Shown here one piece after another: positions 11,254-21,512 of a DNA stretch of 64,000 nt; the first letter of the stretch is position 1, and every line of letters starts with the position of its first letter. This DNA is from an uncultured delta proteobacterium (lineage in GTDB: Bacteria > Myxococcota_A > Polyangia > Polyangiales > Polyangiaceae), in contig CAVOKF010000006.1 of the NCBI GenBank assembly GCA_963696385.1, forward strand, positions 64,001 through 128,000, written 5' to 3'. A program made the position numbers and the translations under genes. The notes under the pieces were generated by a model that ran no database searches, was not told the origin of the DNA, and worked only from the letters and a program-made list of their open reading frames with translations.

Positions 11254-12268
11254 CTACAAGCCGCGGTCTCGGTCCGGCGAGCGCACGAGAACGTGACCTT
11301 TCGCGTCGCGTGACTGACCACCGTCTTGCCGACGTGGACGCGCAGCTCGGGCGACGCCGGCACCAGCACGAAGCGGGCGCCGTCGCTCACGACCGCGTAA
11401 GCGTCATGCTCCTGCAACGGCCGAAGGCGCCCTCGAAACGTCGAAGGAGCCTGAGCCAGAAACGCTTGCCCCAATCGCGCGGCGACTCCCTCTCCCACCG
11501 CCCTGCGTTGCAGCTCGCGCAGCTGGGTGACCCGGTCCGGGTCGCTCGGGGCGATCCCGAGCTGGTGCAACACGAGCCGCCGCTCTCCTAGGGCTTGCCG
11601 CACTGCGGCGCCGAACCCGTACGGAGCGAGTGGAGCCACCTCCGGCTGGTCGAGCCAAACAGGACCCGGATGACGCACCTGCTCGCGGAGCGACTGCGCC
11701 TCCCGACGCATAGCAACTCGTGACGCACCGGAGTCTGCACGGTGTCTCTCTTCGAGCGCACCCAGCAAGTCGGGCCGAACTCTCCATTGGCCGGGCGACT
11801 CGGCCGTGGGCGAGGCCCAGGCGCCCGAGCTCGCGCAGTCGGTGATGAGCCCATGGCGACTCGCCGTCGGCCGGGGCGGCGCCCGGGTCGAACGCGTAGA
11901 CACCGCCGTAGGCGCGCGCGACTGCGGCAATGTGGCGATCGATCGGACGCACGGCCGGCGAGATCCCCCGTTCAAAGCTCCTCGACCGAACGCATATCCA
12001 GCGGCACATGGTATTCGGCGCCCGTCGGCGTCTCGAGCACCGCGTAGAAGTCCCCCTCGAGTTCGTCCGAGAGTCCCTTGCTTGCGACGGCGCCGGCGGC
12101 GGCACGCCCCCGAGCCACACGGCCCCGCGCCACGCGCGCGAGGAGCGCGCCGCGAAACGAGCCTGAGCCGTCGCGCGAAGGCGCACGCCGACCCCGGCCC
12201 AGACGAGGCCTGAAAATAGGCAATTCTTCGGGGTCGGTCACAGTGGGCTCTACGTTTTCAGGTATCAA
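11254..12268 (-). pseudogene. DUF3363/VirD2-like relaxase remnant (Tn4371-type ICE)
   Basis: FRPRLGR, KGLSDEL..YAVLETPTG, RLRELGRLGLA, GPVWLD segments in several frames; central relaxase domain absent. Confidence 0.65.
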
Positions 12269-12406
12269 AACCGATACTTACCAATCGCGTGGATCCACGG
12301 CGAGTCGCCATGATGTCGAAAAGTAATCATGATTCCGGTCACATGCAACATTAAGGCGCCAGCCATTTATCTTGCCCTTCGCTTCGCTCCGGGTTTGCCC
12401 CCTCTC

Positions 12407-13105
12407 GACAGACACCACGGCAGACACTTTTCCGACTGTTGTTCCGTCACTCGAACGACACCACGGCAGACACTTTTCCGACTGTTGTTCCGTCACTCGA
12501 ACGACACCACGGCAGACACTTTTCCGACTGTTGTTCCGTCACTCGAACGACACCACGGCAGACACTTTTCCGACTGTTGTTCCGTCACTCGAACGACACC
12601 ACGGCAGACACTTTTCCGACTGTTGTTCCGTCACTCGAACGACACCACGGCAGACACTTTTCCGACTGTTGTTCCGTCACTCGAACGACACCACGGCGGA
12701 CACTTTGCCGACTGTTGTTCCGTCACTCGACGGACACGATGGTGGACACTTTGCCGACTGTTGTTCCGTCACTCGACGGACACGAGGGTGGACACTTCGC
12801 GTACTGTTGTCGCGTCACTCGGCGGACACGAGGGTCGACACTTTGCGGACCGTTGTTGCGTCACTCGACGGACACGAGGGCGGACACTTCGCGGACCGTT
12901 GTTGCGTCACTCGACGGACACGACGGCGGACACTTCGCGGACTGTTGTCGCGTCACACGGCGGACACGAGGGTGGACACTTCGCGGACCATTGTCGCATC
13001 ACTCGACGGACACGACGGCGGACACGTTGCGGACTGTGTTGCGTCACTCGACGGATACGACGGCGGACGCGTTGCGGGCGCCGCGCGGACGGTTGTTGCG
13101 TCCGC
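12407..13105. repeat. Tandem array of about 15 x 46-bp units
   Basis: CAGACACTTTTCCGACTGTTGTTCCGTCACTCGAACGACACCACGG at 12421, 12467, 12513...; six identical units, then increasingly divergent. Confidence 0.97.
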
Positions 13106-13530
13106 AACAGGCGGTTGCGCGGGCGGTCGCTAGCAAACCGACTGACAACGTTACGCCCGAGCTTGCTCGGTGGTCCATGAGGGCCGTATGCAACGCGGCG
13201 TATGCGCAAGAGTGTCGGCGTACCGGGCTGGGGTCCCCACCCCACCGTCTCGGCTGCGCACTCGGCAGTCAAACGCACTGACGTGCGCACGGGCAGGTGC
13301 AGCGCAGCCCTTACCGCCACCGCGTTCCCGGGCGGCGTGCCGCGACTTCCCTGCCCGGTGTCCCACCAGACCGGACGCGGTCTTTCGTCATGGCGCCGTA
13401 TCGCTGGCCGTCCTCGCGAACGTCTTGTCCGTGGCCCCGGGCAAGCAGTAGACCCCGTTCCTCCGATGACAGCGTGACGCGGCATGCTCAAGATAGTTCG
13501 TTGCGGAGCCTTGGATCCGGGACCGCCCCG

Positions 13531-13815
13531 ATGTCGATCGGTTCCTCCAAGCCCCGTTTCACGGACAAGCAGGGCCAGTATCCCGCGTTCATTCATACGT
13601 ACGTCCTGCTGCGCCGTCGACCTCCCGCCGAGGCCGACATGCAGCGCTACTTCGGCGTCACCCCCCCTTCCGTTCATCGCATGGTCGTGGAACTGGAACG
13701 ACGCGGACTGATTCGCCGTCTTCACAGACAGCCCAGAAGCATCGCCCTTCTCATTCACGTTGGGGAGATCCCTTCCCTACGGCCGCACACGATCGAAACG
13801 GGTGGGCGCGGATGA
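13531..13815 (+). CDS. LexA-DBD/MarR-like winged HTH protein
   Basis: FTDKQGQY...PPAEADMQRYFGVTPPSVHRMVVELERRGLI. Confidence 0.75.
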   Translation: MSIGSSKPRFTDKQGQYPAFIHTYVLLRRRPPAEADMQRYFGVTPPSVHRMVVELERRGLIRRLHRQPRSIALLIHVGEIPSLRPHTIETGGRG

Positions 13816-15506
13816 AGCATCAGCAGGTACCCTCGCTGCACGTCGCGGTGCGCGCCGGCGCGTCGGTGCATGAGGCGCTGAAGACGGCGCAGCTGTGGGA
13901 GCTGCGCGAGGCGCTCGAGATCGCGGTCGAGCGTGACGATCACGAGACCGCTCGGATCCTGCTCGCGCACGGCGCGTGGGTGGATCATGCCGGCCGGCGA
14001 TGGGGCCGGCGCGGCGGCGCGATGCACGCGGCACTGTTGCTCGGGCGCAGCGTGCCCATGCTCGAGGTACTGCTCGACGGCGGCGCGTCGATCGCCACGC
14101 GCGACATCGAGGGGCACACGCCGCTCGCGATCGCGGTGCGCGTCGCCCGCGACGATGCCGCGGCGCTGTTCCGCAGCCGCGGCGCACATGACACCGAGGC
14201 AAGCGACGCGGATCGCCGGATCGGCGCGTGCGTGCGGGGTGAGCGCCCGACCGGCACGGCGCGCTGGCGCCGCGGCGACCACCAGCACCTATGCTGGGCG
14301 GTGCGGACCCACCACATCGCCGCGATCCCGGCGCTGCTCGCGATCGGGCTCAACCCCGATGTGCCCGACGACGACGGAGAGACCGCGCTGCACCTCGCCG
14401 TGTCGGCCGGATCGATCGAGGCGGTCGACGCCCTGCTCGACGGCAACCCGCGTGTCGACGCGGTCGACTTCCGTAGCGAGACGCCGCTGACACGCGCGCT
14501 ACGCGACGGTCACGACGCGATCGCCGACCGGTTGCGGCGCGCCGGCGCGGTACCGCAGCAGCCGGTCAATCTGGCGGAGGCGTTCGAGGAGGCGGCCGAT
14601 GCCGTGGTCGACGGCGATGTGCCGCGACTGACCGCGCTGCTCGATGGCGAGCCGCGGCTCGTCCACGCACGGTCGCTGCGCGAGCATCGGTGCACGCTCC
14701 TTCATTATGTGGGTGCGAACGGCGTCGAGCCGGAGCGCCAGCGCTCTTCGCCCAACGCGCCGGCCGTGGCGGCGCTTCTCCTGGCGCGGGGCGCCGACCC
14801 CGACGCGCCGGCGCTCCTGTACGGCGGCGGGGACACGACACTTGGCCTCGCGATCACCAGCGCGTTTCCCGACCAGGCCGGCGTGATGGCCGACCTCGTG
14901 CGCGTTCTGGTTCGCGGCGGCGCGAGCGTCAACGGCCCCGACGGCGACGCCACGCCAATCCGCTACGCGCTGCCGTCCGCGTGGGCGGCGCTCATCGAGT
15001 GCGGCGCGATCGTCGATCTGTGTGCGGCCGCGTCGCTCGGCCTGTTGGATCGCGTCCGGCAATTCGTGGCGCCCGACGGTGGTGTGCAGGCGGGCGCGCG
15101 ACTCGGCCCGCCGCGGCCGGCTCAGGAGGTCAAGGACGAGGCGTTCTTGGCTGCGTGCAAGGCGGGCCAACCGGCGATCGCGGCGTACCTTGTCGACGCC
15201 GGGGCGCGCATCGACGTCCAAGGCAACCAGGGCATGACCGGCTTGCACGAGGCGGTGTGGCGCTGCGATCACCCGACGGTCCGGATGCTGCTCGAACGCG
15301 GCGCGCCGCTGGAGGTCCGCAACGACTACGGCGGCACCGTCCTCGATTTCACGGTGTGGGTCACTCGCCATCAGCCGGGCAAGGGCCGCAACTGGCGCAG
15401 CCTCGTCGACATGCTGATCGCAGCGGGGGCTGACGTCGAAGCCGCGGGCGGACCTGCCGCGATCGAAGCGGCGCTCCACCAGGTCGAGCTTTCTTCCCGA
15501 CACTGA
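13812..15506 (+). CDS. Ankyrin repeat protein
   Basis: Repeated GHTPL, GETALH, SETPL, GMTGLH motifs. Confidence 0.9.
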   Translation: MKHQQVPSLHVAVRAGASVHEALKTAQLWELREALEIAVERDDHETARILLAHGAWVDHAGRRWGRRGGAMHAALLLGRSVPMLEVLLDGGASIATRDIEGHTPLAIAVRVARDDAAALFRSRGAHDTEASDADRRIGACVRGERPTGTARWRRGDHQHLCWAVRTHHIAAIPALLAIGLNPDVPDDDGETALHLAVSAGSIEAVDALLDGNPRVDAVDFRSETPLTRALRDGHDAIADRLRRAGAVPQQPVNLAEAFEEAADAVVDGDVPRLTALLDGEPRLVHARSLREHRCTLLHYVGANGVEPERQRSSPNAPAVAALLLARGADPDAPALLYGGGDTTLGLAITSAFPDQAGVMADLVRVLVRGGASVNGPDGDATPIRYALPSAWAALIECGAIVDLCAAASLGLLDRVRQFVAPDGGVQAGARLGPPRPAQEVKDEAFLAACKAGQPAIAAYLVDAGARIDVQGNQGMTGLHEAVWRCDHPTVRMLLERGAPLEVRNDYGGTVLDFTVWVTRHQPGKGRNWRSLVDMLIAAGADVEAAGGPAAIEAALHQVELSSRH

Positions 15507-16074
15507 ATCGCGCTGCTCCCTGGGAATGGAGAGTCAGCGGTTACGCTCATTCGGCGCGGATCCGGCTCGAAACGCAGGCGTATGTCTTCTCTACCGAGCG
15601 AATGGGCGATCCGCCGTCGTGGACGCGAGCGTCGAGAACGACGCCGGATCATGGACCCCTTTACCGAGTGATCGTCGATTCGAAATGGCAACGATCTATT
15701 CGATGATGGAGAGCCGTTCGAGGGATGACGGTCTGTCGTAGGGGCCGTCAGCCATTTCGACCGCCCTCCCGATCGTTGACCCGTGGCCGCCGGCACGCCA
15801 CAACCATTATACAAATGATTGTAAGCACTTAGGTCGGATCATTCCTTTAGCGATTGCGCTGGCCCAATAATTGCGGTACGCGTTTGTTCGTGGACCTTCC
15901 TCTGCGCGTGTAGCGCCCTTTGGTCGAAGCCGCTTACGGAGCGCTGAGCCTATACGGCTAACGCGCTTTCGGTTGAGCCTTCGAGAGTACGCGCCGCACT
16001 CGGCACATCGGTGTCGTACGCCCGAAGACTCGCTTTCTTCATGGGTCTCACAATCCGCGATCGGGGTGGGCGTG

Positions 16075-16326
16075 ATGGACAGCCACAGTGATATTCTAGC
16101 GATGCTCGCCGAAGCGGCGGGGGTTGCGCTCGAGGGCGACGTGCTGACAGTGGAGGAGCTTGCCGCGCAGCTGCGGGTTAAGCCCAAGACCGTCTACGCG
16201 GCCATTCGACGCAAGCAAATCCCCGGCATCCTGCGCGTGGGAAGACTCATCCGCATCTCGCGATCGAGCGTGCTAGCTTGGCTTGCCGGCCAAGATCGCG
16301 AAGCTCGCTCACGGAGCCAACGATGA
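16075..16326 (+). CDS. Excisionase-family HTH protein
   Basis: LTVEELAAQLRVKPKTVY...IPGILRVGRLIRI; overlaps integrase start. Confidence 0.85.
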   Translation: MDSHSDILAMLAEAAGVALEGDVLTVEELAAQLRVKPKTVYAAIRRKQIPGILRVGRLIRISRSSVLAWLAGQDREARSRSQR

Positions 16327-17456
16327 GCGTGCGCAGCGAACGGCGCCGAGACAAGGTCTCGGGCAAAGTACGGGAATATTGGATGGTCCATGTCGTAATC
16401 CAACTGCCGGATGGACAGCTTGTGCAAGCGCGCAAGGCACTTTCGAAAACGAAGGTGAACAAGCGCGAGGCCGAGGCGTACGAACGGCGACTGCGGGCGG
16501 AGATGCTCAATCCGTCCGCGGTGAAGCCAAAGGAGGTCCCCACACTCAAACAGTTCTGGCCGACGTTCCTCGCATGGGCGAAGGGCGAGCGGCACAAGGC
16601 GAGCGGCATCCACTCGAAGGAGTCGATCTACCGGGTGCACCTGGCGCCCGCGTTCGACTCCAAGCGGCTCGATCAGATCGATGACGCAGCCATCACGCGC
16701 ATCAAGTGCAAGCTCGCTACCGCGGGCCGCAGCCGCAAGACCGCGAACAACATTCTGGGCGTGCTGTCGAAAGCCCTGCGGCTCGCGGTCAAGTGGAAGG
16801 TGCTCTCGCAGATGCCCTGCGAATTCAACCTGAAACCAGTCAAGAACATCCGCATCGACTTCTACGAGTTCGCCGACTACGACCGGCTCGTCGACGCCGC
16901 CGGCAAGGTCGGAAGCCGCTACGCGGCGCTCGTGCTTCTCGGCGGCGACGCAGGGCTACGACGCAGCGAGATCATCGGGCTTCGATGGTGCGACGTGGAC
17001 TTTGCAAGAGGTCAGCTGCGCATCGTGCAAGCGCAGTGGAAGGACACGGTCGACACCCCCAAGAGCGACAAGCCGCGCATCGTTCCGATGACCGACGCGC
17101 TGACCGATGCGCTCAAGAGGCACCGGCATCTTCGCAGCGAGCGGGTTCTATGCTTGGACGACGGCAAGCCGGCGCCCGGGCATGTGCTTCGCGACTGGCT
17201 GGAAGCGGTGCAGCGCCGGGGCGGGCTCGAGGTACGGGGGAGCCTTCATAAGCTCCGCCATACGTTCTGCTCGCACCTGGCGATGCGAGGCGCGCCCGCC
17301 AAGGCCATTCAGGAGCTGGCCGGGCACGCCGATCTGGCGACCACGATGCGGTACATGCACTTGTCGCCGGCGGCGCGCGACAGCGCCATCGCCCTGCTCA
17401 ACGTGCGCAACCACAGCAACATAGCAGCAACGATCGGTAGCGAAGTTCGTAACTAG
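16323..17456 (+). CDS. Tyrosine integrase
   Basis: GLRRSE, HKLRH, AGH, MRY catalytic residues intact. Confidence 0.95.
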   Translation: MSVRSERRRDKVSGKVREYWMVHVVIQLPDGQLVQARKALSKTKVNKREAEAYERRLRAEMLNPSAVKPKEVPTLKQFWPTFLAWAKGERHKASGIHSKESIYRVHLAPAFDSKRLDQIDDAAITRIKCKLATAGRSRKTANNILGVLSKALRLAVKWKVLSQMPCEFNLKPVKNIRIDFYEFADYDRLVDAAGKVGSRYAALVLLGGDAGLRRSEIIGLRWCDVDFARGQLRIVQAQWKDTVDTPKSDKPRIVPMTDALTDALKRHRHLRSERVLCLDDGKPAPGHVLRDWLEAVQRRGGLEVRGSLHKLRHTFCSHLAMRGAPAKAIQELAGHADLATTMRYMHLSPAARDSAIALLNVRNHSNIAATIGSEVRN

Positions 17457-17478
17457 CTGAATTGCTTATGGAAAGAGA

Positions 17479-17499
17479 GTGGAGCTGACGGGAATCGAA
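17479..17499 (-). other. tRNA-Ala/tmRNA 3'-end-like fragment (putative att core)
   Basis: Minus strand TTCGATTCCCGTCAGCTCCAC directly after the integrase. Confidence 0.55.
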
Positions 17500-17803
17500 A
17501 AGGTGGGCCAAAGCGCGACGAACCCCAACAAACATACGATAGTCGCAATTGGCTCCGATCGGTCAAGGTCCGAAAATGCGCCAGTTCGTGACCGTTCGAG
17601 CGCGTTGGCGTCAATTGGTGAATCCGAATCCGAAATAGTGAGCGATGCGGCCCTCGAGCGAGCGATCGTTGACGCCGTCACGATGGGGCTTGGGGACGTG
17701 GCGCGCACGCTCGCGACCCGACTCGAGGAGCGGCGGCGAGCACTCGTGCCGACGAACGCGGCGGACCTGGCGACGGCGCTTGTGGAACAAACGCCCAAAT
17801 GAC

Positions 17804-18142
17804 TCATACGGCTCGCCGCTTCTTGGGCCTCGGCGGCGCATCCAACGCCCGCACGGATCCTCCGCGCGCTGTTGCACGGCGTGGAGACGGGCGGTGGCTC
17901 TCCATCGCCAACCGCAGGATACGGTTGATGCGCGTCTGGTAACCCTTGCCCAGCGACTTGAGCCAAGCGAGAACGTCCGCGTCAAGACGAATGGTGAGTT
18001 GGCGTTTCGTCGGCGGCCAGGGCACGCGCATCGCATTGGCTAGAAACGCCTCGTCGAGCGGCGGAATGTCCGTATAGTCGAGGGTCTCGTCGGTGAGACG
18101 GTCAACTCTCTCCAAGTCGCTCTTGATAGACTTCTTGCTCAC
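17804..18142 (-). CDS. BrnA antitoxin
   Basis: DYTDIPPL...TIRLDADVLAWLK..GKGYQTRINRIL. Confidence 0.9.
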   Translation of the reverse strand: MSKKSIKSDLERVDRLTDETLDYTDIPPLDEAFLANAMRVPWPPTKRQLTIRLDADVLAWLKSLGKGYQTRINRILRLAMESHRPSPRRATARGGSVRALDAPPRPKKRRAV

Positions 18143-18383
18143 GGCGGTTCGCCTTTCTCATCGAGATGATGCGCGTCGCGTCGTCGCCGCGCGCGGTATG
18201 GGCGACGACGACCACGCGACCGGCGAGCACGCCCAGTGTGATGAACCGCTGCTCGCCATAGTCGAAGCGGTTATCTTCGAGGGTAACGGTCGGGCCGTCG
18301 AACACGAGCGGCGCGTCCTCAAAGCTGAGGCCGTGTTTTGCGAGGTTGTGGCGAGCTTTCGCTTCATCCCATTCGTAACGCAC
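18102..18383 (-). CDS. BrnT toxin
   Basis: YEWDEAKARHNLAKHGLSF...RIISMRKA. Confidence 0.92.
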   Translation of the reverse strand: MRYEWDEAKARHNLAKHGLSFEDAPLVFDGPTVTLEDNRFDYGEQRFITLGVLAGRVVVVAHTARGDDATRIISMRKANRREQEVYQERLGES

Positions 18384-18591
18384 GTGTAGCTCTTTTTGTA
18401 GTTACATTCAAGCGAGGGAAAGCGGATTGAACCGGGCTACGGTCACGTACGGTTTCGGCCAACGCTCGGCCCGGCACTGCGTACGGCATCGTCGGAATGA
18501 AGTCGTCCAACTCGTCGTGAAAACGACGCAGTCGTTCGAGTACCCGTCGATCCACGCGCGACCTGGCCCGTCGGAGAGCACGCGCAATTAG

Positions 18592-18789
18592 TTATACCGC
18601 AAGGAGTTCTTCGCGAACGAAGTGCAAGCGGACCATTTGGGTGCCTGATCCTCTTCGAAGTGACAGCGCACGGCATCGCGAATTTCGTCGTGAAGCTGAG
18701 CCACGGTATCCGCCTCCGTGAAGATCCCCAGGGCGCGCGGTATAGCCGCCCTCGGCGGCTTCTTCGACGACGAAAATGATCTCGCCCAT
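18592..18789 (-). pseudogene. HicB-like small antitoxin with compensating frameshifts
   Basis: EIIFVVEEAAEGGYTA...; IFTEADT..IRDAVRCHF lies in another frame; ends RLHFVREE. Confidence 0.7.
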
Positions 18790-19250
18790 GCTTAGCCTCA
18801 GTCAAGGTAGCTGACTTGCAGGCGAGCGACACGGCGCCTGCCGTCGCTCTGCCAGACGTTCTCTTGAATTCAGGGGTGCCGTCCAGTGTGCAACCCTTAT
18901 CGCGCTCTGACCCGTCGAGGGGACTGGCGCACGATATCGGCGAATCTAGTCGTGCGAGATCGCACTGTGATGCCCTCCGAGCAGATCTCGATCTGATCGC
19001 TCGCCGCCGCCGTCAGCGGCATCGCCACGAACGCCGGCGCAGTCGCTCAGCGCAGTCGGAGGTTGCCGTAGTGATGACCCGCGGCACATCGACCGCGCGA
19101 TCGACAGCTGCTCGGCGTGGGCGCGCTACAGCGACCGACCGGGCGGCGCTTCCGCGAGTCGGCGGACTGCACCACCGCGTATTCGAGGGCCGCGTTCACA
19201 AGCGACAATGGCCCTAGTGCGCGCGCGGAGCTACACTCGGTTGGATCCCC

Positions 19251-19520
19251 TTGAGCGCGCATACCGTGACCGTTAGCGTTGAACTCCCCGTAACCGGCGG
19301 CGCCACCGCGCCCGACTCCCGGCTCATCGGTGACGAGCTCCGCGTCCTCTGGATCATCGAACAGGTTCGGACGAAGCGCGTCGGCGTCGGCAAGGGCGCG
19401 GAGCTTGCCGGCATGCCGCGCGCGGCGTTCATGCAGGCGCTGGGCACGCACGGCGTGCCCGTGATCGACTACCCGCCCGCTGACCTGCAGGGCGAGCTTG
19501 ATATGCGGGAAATGGGTTGA
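19251..19520 (+). CDS. UPF0175 family antitoxin
   Basis: GKGAELAGMPRAAFMQALGTHGVP; coupled to PIN gene. Confidence 0.8.
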   Translation: MSAHTVTVSVELPVTGGATAPDSRLIGDELRVLWIIEQVRTKRVGVGKGAELAGMPRAAFMQALGTHGVPVIDYPPADLQGELDMREMG

Positions 19521-19993
19521 TCGTCGTCCCCGACGCGGGGCCGCTCATCTACCTGGGCGGAGCCGGACACCTCGATCTCCTCCGCCGCCTCTACACCGAA
19601 GTCGTTGTGCCTCGCATCGTTCTCGATGAGGTTGTCGTTGCGGGCGCGGGCATGACAGGAGCCGACGCCGTGGCGGCCGCGCACTGGCTGAGAATCGAGG
19701 ACGTCGCTCCCGACCCCGATCTGCTGGACGTGCTCGACCGCGGAGAGGCAGCCGCGCTTCCGCTTGCCGCGCGCCTTATGGCCACGCTTCTCGTCGACGA
19801 TAGCGCCGCGCGAGCCATCGCCGGCGCGAGAGGCATTCGGGTCGTCGGGACGATCGGCCTGTTGCTGCAAGCGAAGCGGAGGGAGTACCTCACCGCGGTG
19901 GGCCCCGTAATCGCGCAAATGGAGCAGCTTGGAATGTACCTGTCCGCGCTACTTCGCGAGGAAGTCGTCCGGCTCGCTGGCGAGGACGGCTAG
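19517..19993 (+). CDS. DUF3368 PIN-domain nuclease
   Basis: DAGPLI, LDRGEAAA, LLVDD, GTIGLL. Confidence 0.85.
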   Translation: MIVVPDAGPLIYLGGAGHLDLLRRLYTEVVVPRIVLDEVVVAGAGMTGADAVAAAHWLRIEDVAPDPDLLDVLDRGEAAALPLAARLMATLLVDDSAARAIAGARGIRVVGTIGLLLQAKRREYLTAVGPVIAQMEQLGMYLSALLREEVVRLAGEDG

Positions 19994-20086
19994 ACAAGTT
20001 CCGGGCTGAGTGATTCGGCGTCAACCGGTATAGGACCACGTGACGTAGCCAGGTACGTCGCGACCTCGATGAGGGGCACGACGCTC

Positions 20087-20177
20087 AGACTTCTTGCTCA
20101 CGGCGGTTCGCCTTTCTCATCGAGATGATGCGCATCGCGTCGTCCCCGCGCGCGGCATGGGCGACGACGACAACGCA
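20087..20177 (-). pseudogene. Duplicated brnT 3' fragment
   Basis: Near-identical direct repeat of about 18128-18217. Confidence 0.85.
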
Positions 20178-20350
20178 GCGGGTGAGGTGAAGCGCCGATT
20201 TTTCGGCTGGCCCCAGACGTGACCAGAAGGGCCAGCAGTGCCGTCTCAAAGGTCCGCCGGAGCGGACGCGCGCTTGGCTTAGCAATTCCGTCGAGCCGCG
20301 GCGATGCCAGGCGAGCGACCGTTCCAGCTTGCGCCCGGCGCGGTGTCCCT

Positions 20351-21253
20351 CTACCTCCGATTGCGACGATCCGCGACGCCCGAAGGATTGCCCGGCTCGA
20401 CGGCGAACAGTTCCTCGGTGCTTACGGCCGTGACGGCCTTGTCGAGCCAGTCTTCGAGGGTAGCGAGGTCGGGACAGCCAAGGATGCGCTCGTGTTGTGC
20501 GGCCGAAACGGCGAGTCCACGGCGCTCGAGAACGCGGAGGATCGATCGGGCTTCGCCCTCAGCCTTGCCCTGCGCGAACAATCGGCGTTGCGTCTCGCTA
20601 AAGAACTGCTGGCCTTGAGGAAGCATCTCGAAGCTCTTTCTGGCGGCTTCGCCGAGTGAGGACTCGATCAACGCGAAGCATAGCATCTTCAGCGACTCCG
20701 GCAGACCCGCGGCCCCCACCGCCGCGGCCGTCGCGACCCGAACCGCGGTGGGCACGTCGTCGTCCCGACCGTGCGCCATGACCGATAGCACGGCCAGGTG
20801 CGGCTCGCGCACGGCGACATCGACGTCTGTGATAACCGGGATGCCCTCCGGCCCGATGACGAACGCTCTCCACGCCAAGCCCCCGCCGAGGTCGACGGTC
20901 TTGGCCGCCCAGCGGGCCGTATCTGCGTCGGGGGTGACCACGAGCACCACGAAGGGGCACCGGTGTCGCGCTCGGGCGCTGACGGCGTACATCGGCCACG
21001 TGAAGGGCTTGTCCCGATCGACGTGGAGTTGCGCTTCGAGGATGATGCCGAAGACCGTTTGGCCCTCCACGAGCAAGACCACCGCATCGGCGTGGTACTC
21101 GGTGGGAACGAGAGCATTGAGCGAGGCCTCGGCAAGACGAGCCTCCGTGAACACCGGCAGCGAGACGTGCAGCAGTTCACGCAACAGGTCCGCCGCGAGC
21201 TCGGGCCTCTCGCGCACCAGCGCGATGATCCCTTCGTGGAGCAGCGACGGCAT
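20351..21253 (-). CDS. Rpn-like PD-(D/E)XK family protein
   Basis: YHADAVV...ILEAQL motif; C-terminal GKAEGEA...LEDWLD. Confidence 0.7.
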   Translation of the reverse strand: MPSLLHEGIIALVRERPELAADLLRELLHVSLPVFTEARLAEASLNALVPTEYHADAVVLLVEGQTVFGIILEAQLHVDRDKPFTWPMYAVSARARHRCPFVVLVVTPDADTARWAAKTVDLGGGLAWRAFVIGPEGIPVITDVDVAVREPHLAVLSVMAHGRDDDVPTAVRVATAAAVGAAGLPESLKMLCFALIESSLGEAARKSFEMLPQGQQFFSETQRRLFAQGKAEGEARSILRVLERRGLAVSAAQHERILGCPDLATLEDWLDKAVTAVSTEELFAVEPGNPSGVADRRNRR

Positions 21254-21355
21254 CGCCGCGACACTACCCGAGGGGACGAGCGAGCGCACCCCCGCGCCGC
21301 AGCGGCAGCACGTCCGGCTCAGCCCCGGCCTGGCCCGTCGCGATCGCCTCCGATT

Positions 21356-21502
21356 ACTCGTCTCCATTCTGGGCTGCGAATCCGTTCTCCCTACCGGGGG
21401 ATTACTCGTCCTCGTTACTCGTCTCGCTTAAGAAGCTCGGACGAGTAGACGAGTATTCGAGCGGCAGCCGTCCCGGACGAGTGAGGACGAGTGAGGACGA
21501 GT
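21356..21502. repeat. Iteron cluster, putative replication origin
   Basis: ACTCGTC at 21356, 21404, 21417; inverted GACGAGT at 21440, 21448, 21476, 21486, 21496. Confidence 0.75.
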
Positions 21503-21512
21503 GACGCGGTAC

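Noticed and set aside
12407..13105. CRISPR or TIGR-like guide array
   Set aside because: No unique spacers (first six units identical) and no cas/tas gene; overlapping ORFs are repeat artefacts
17479..17499. tRNA or tmRNA gene
   Set aside because: Only a 21-nt fragment; no D or anticodon arm
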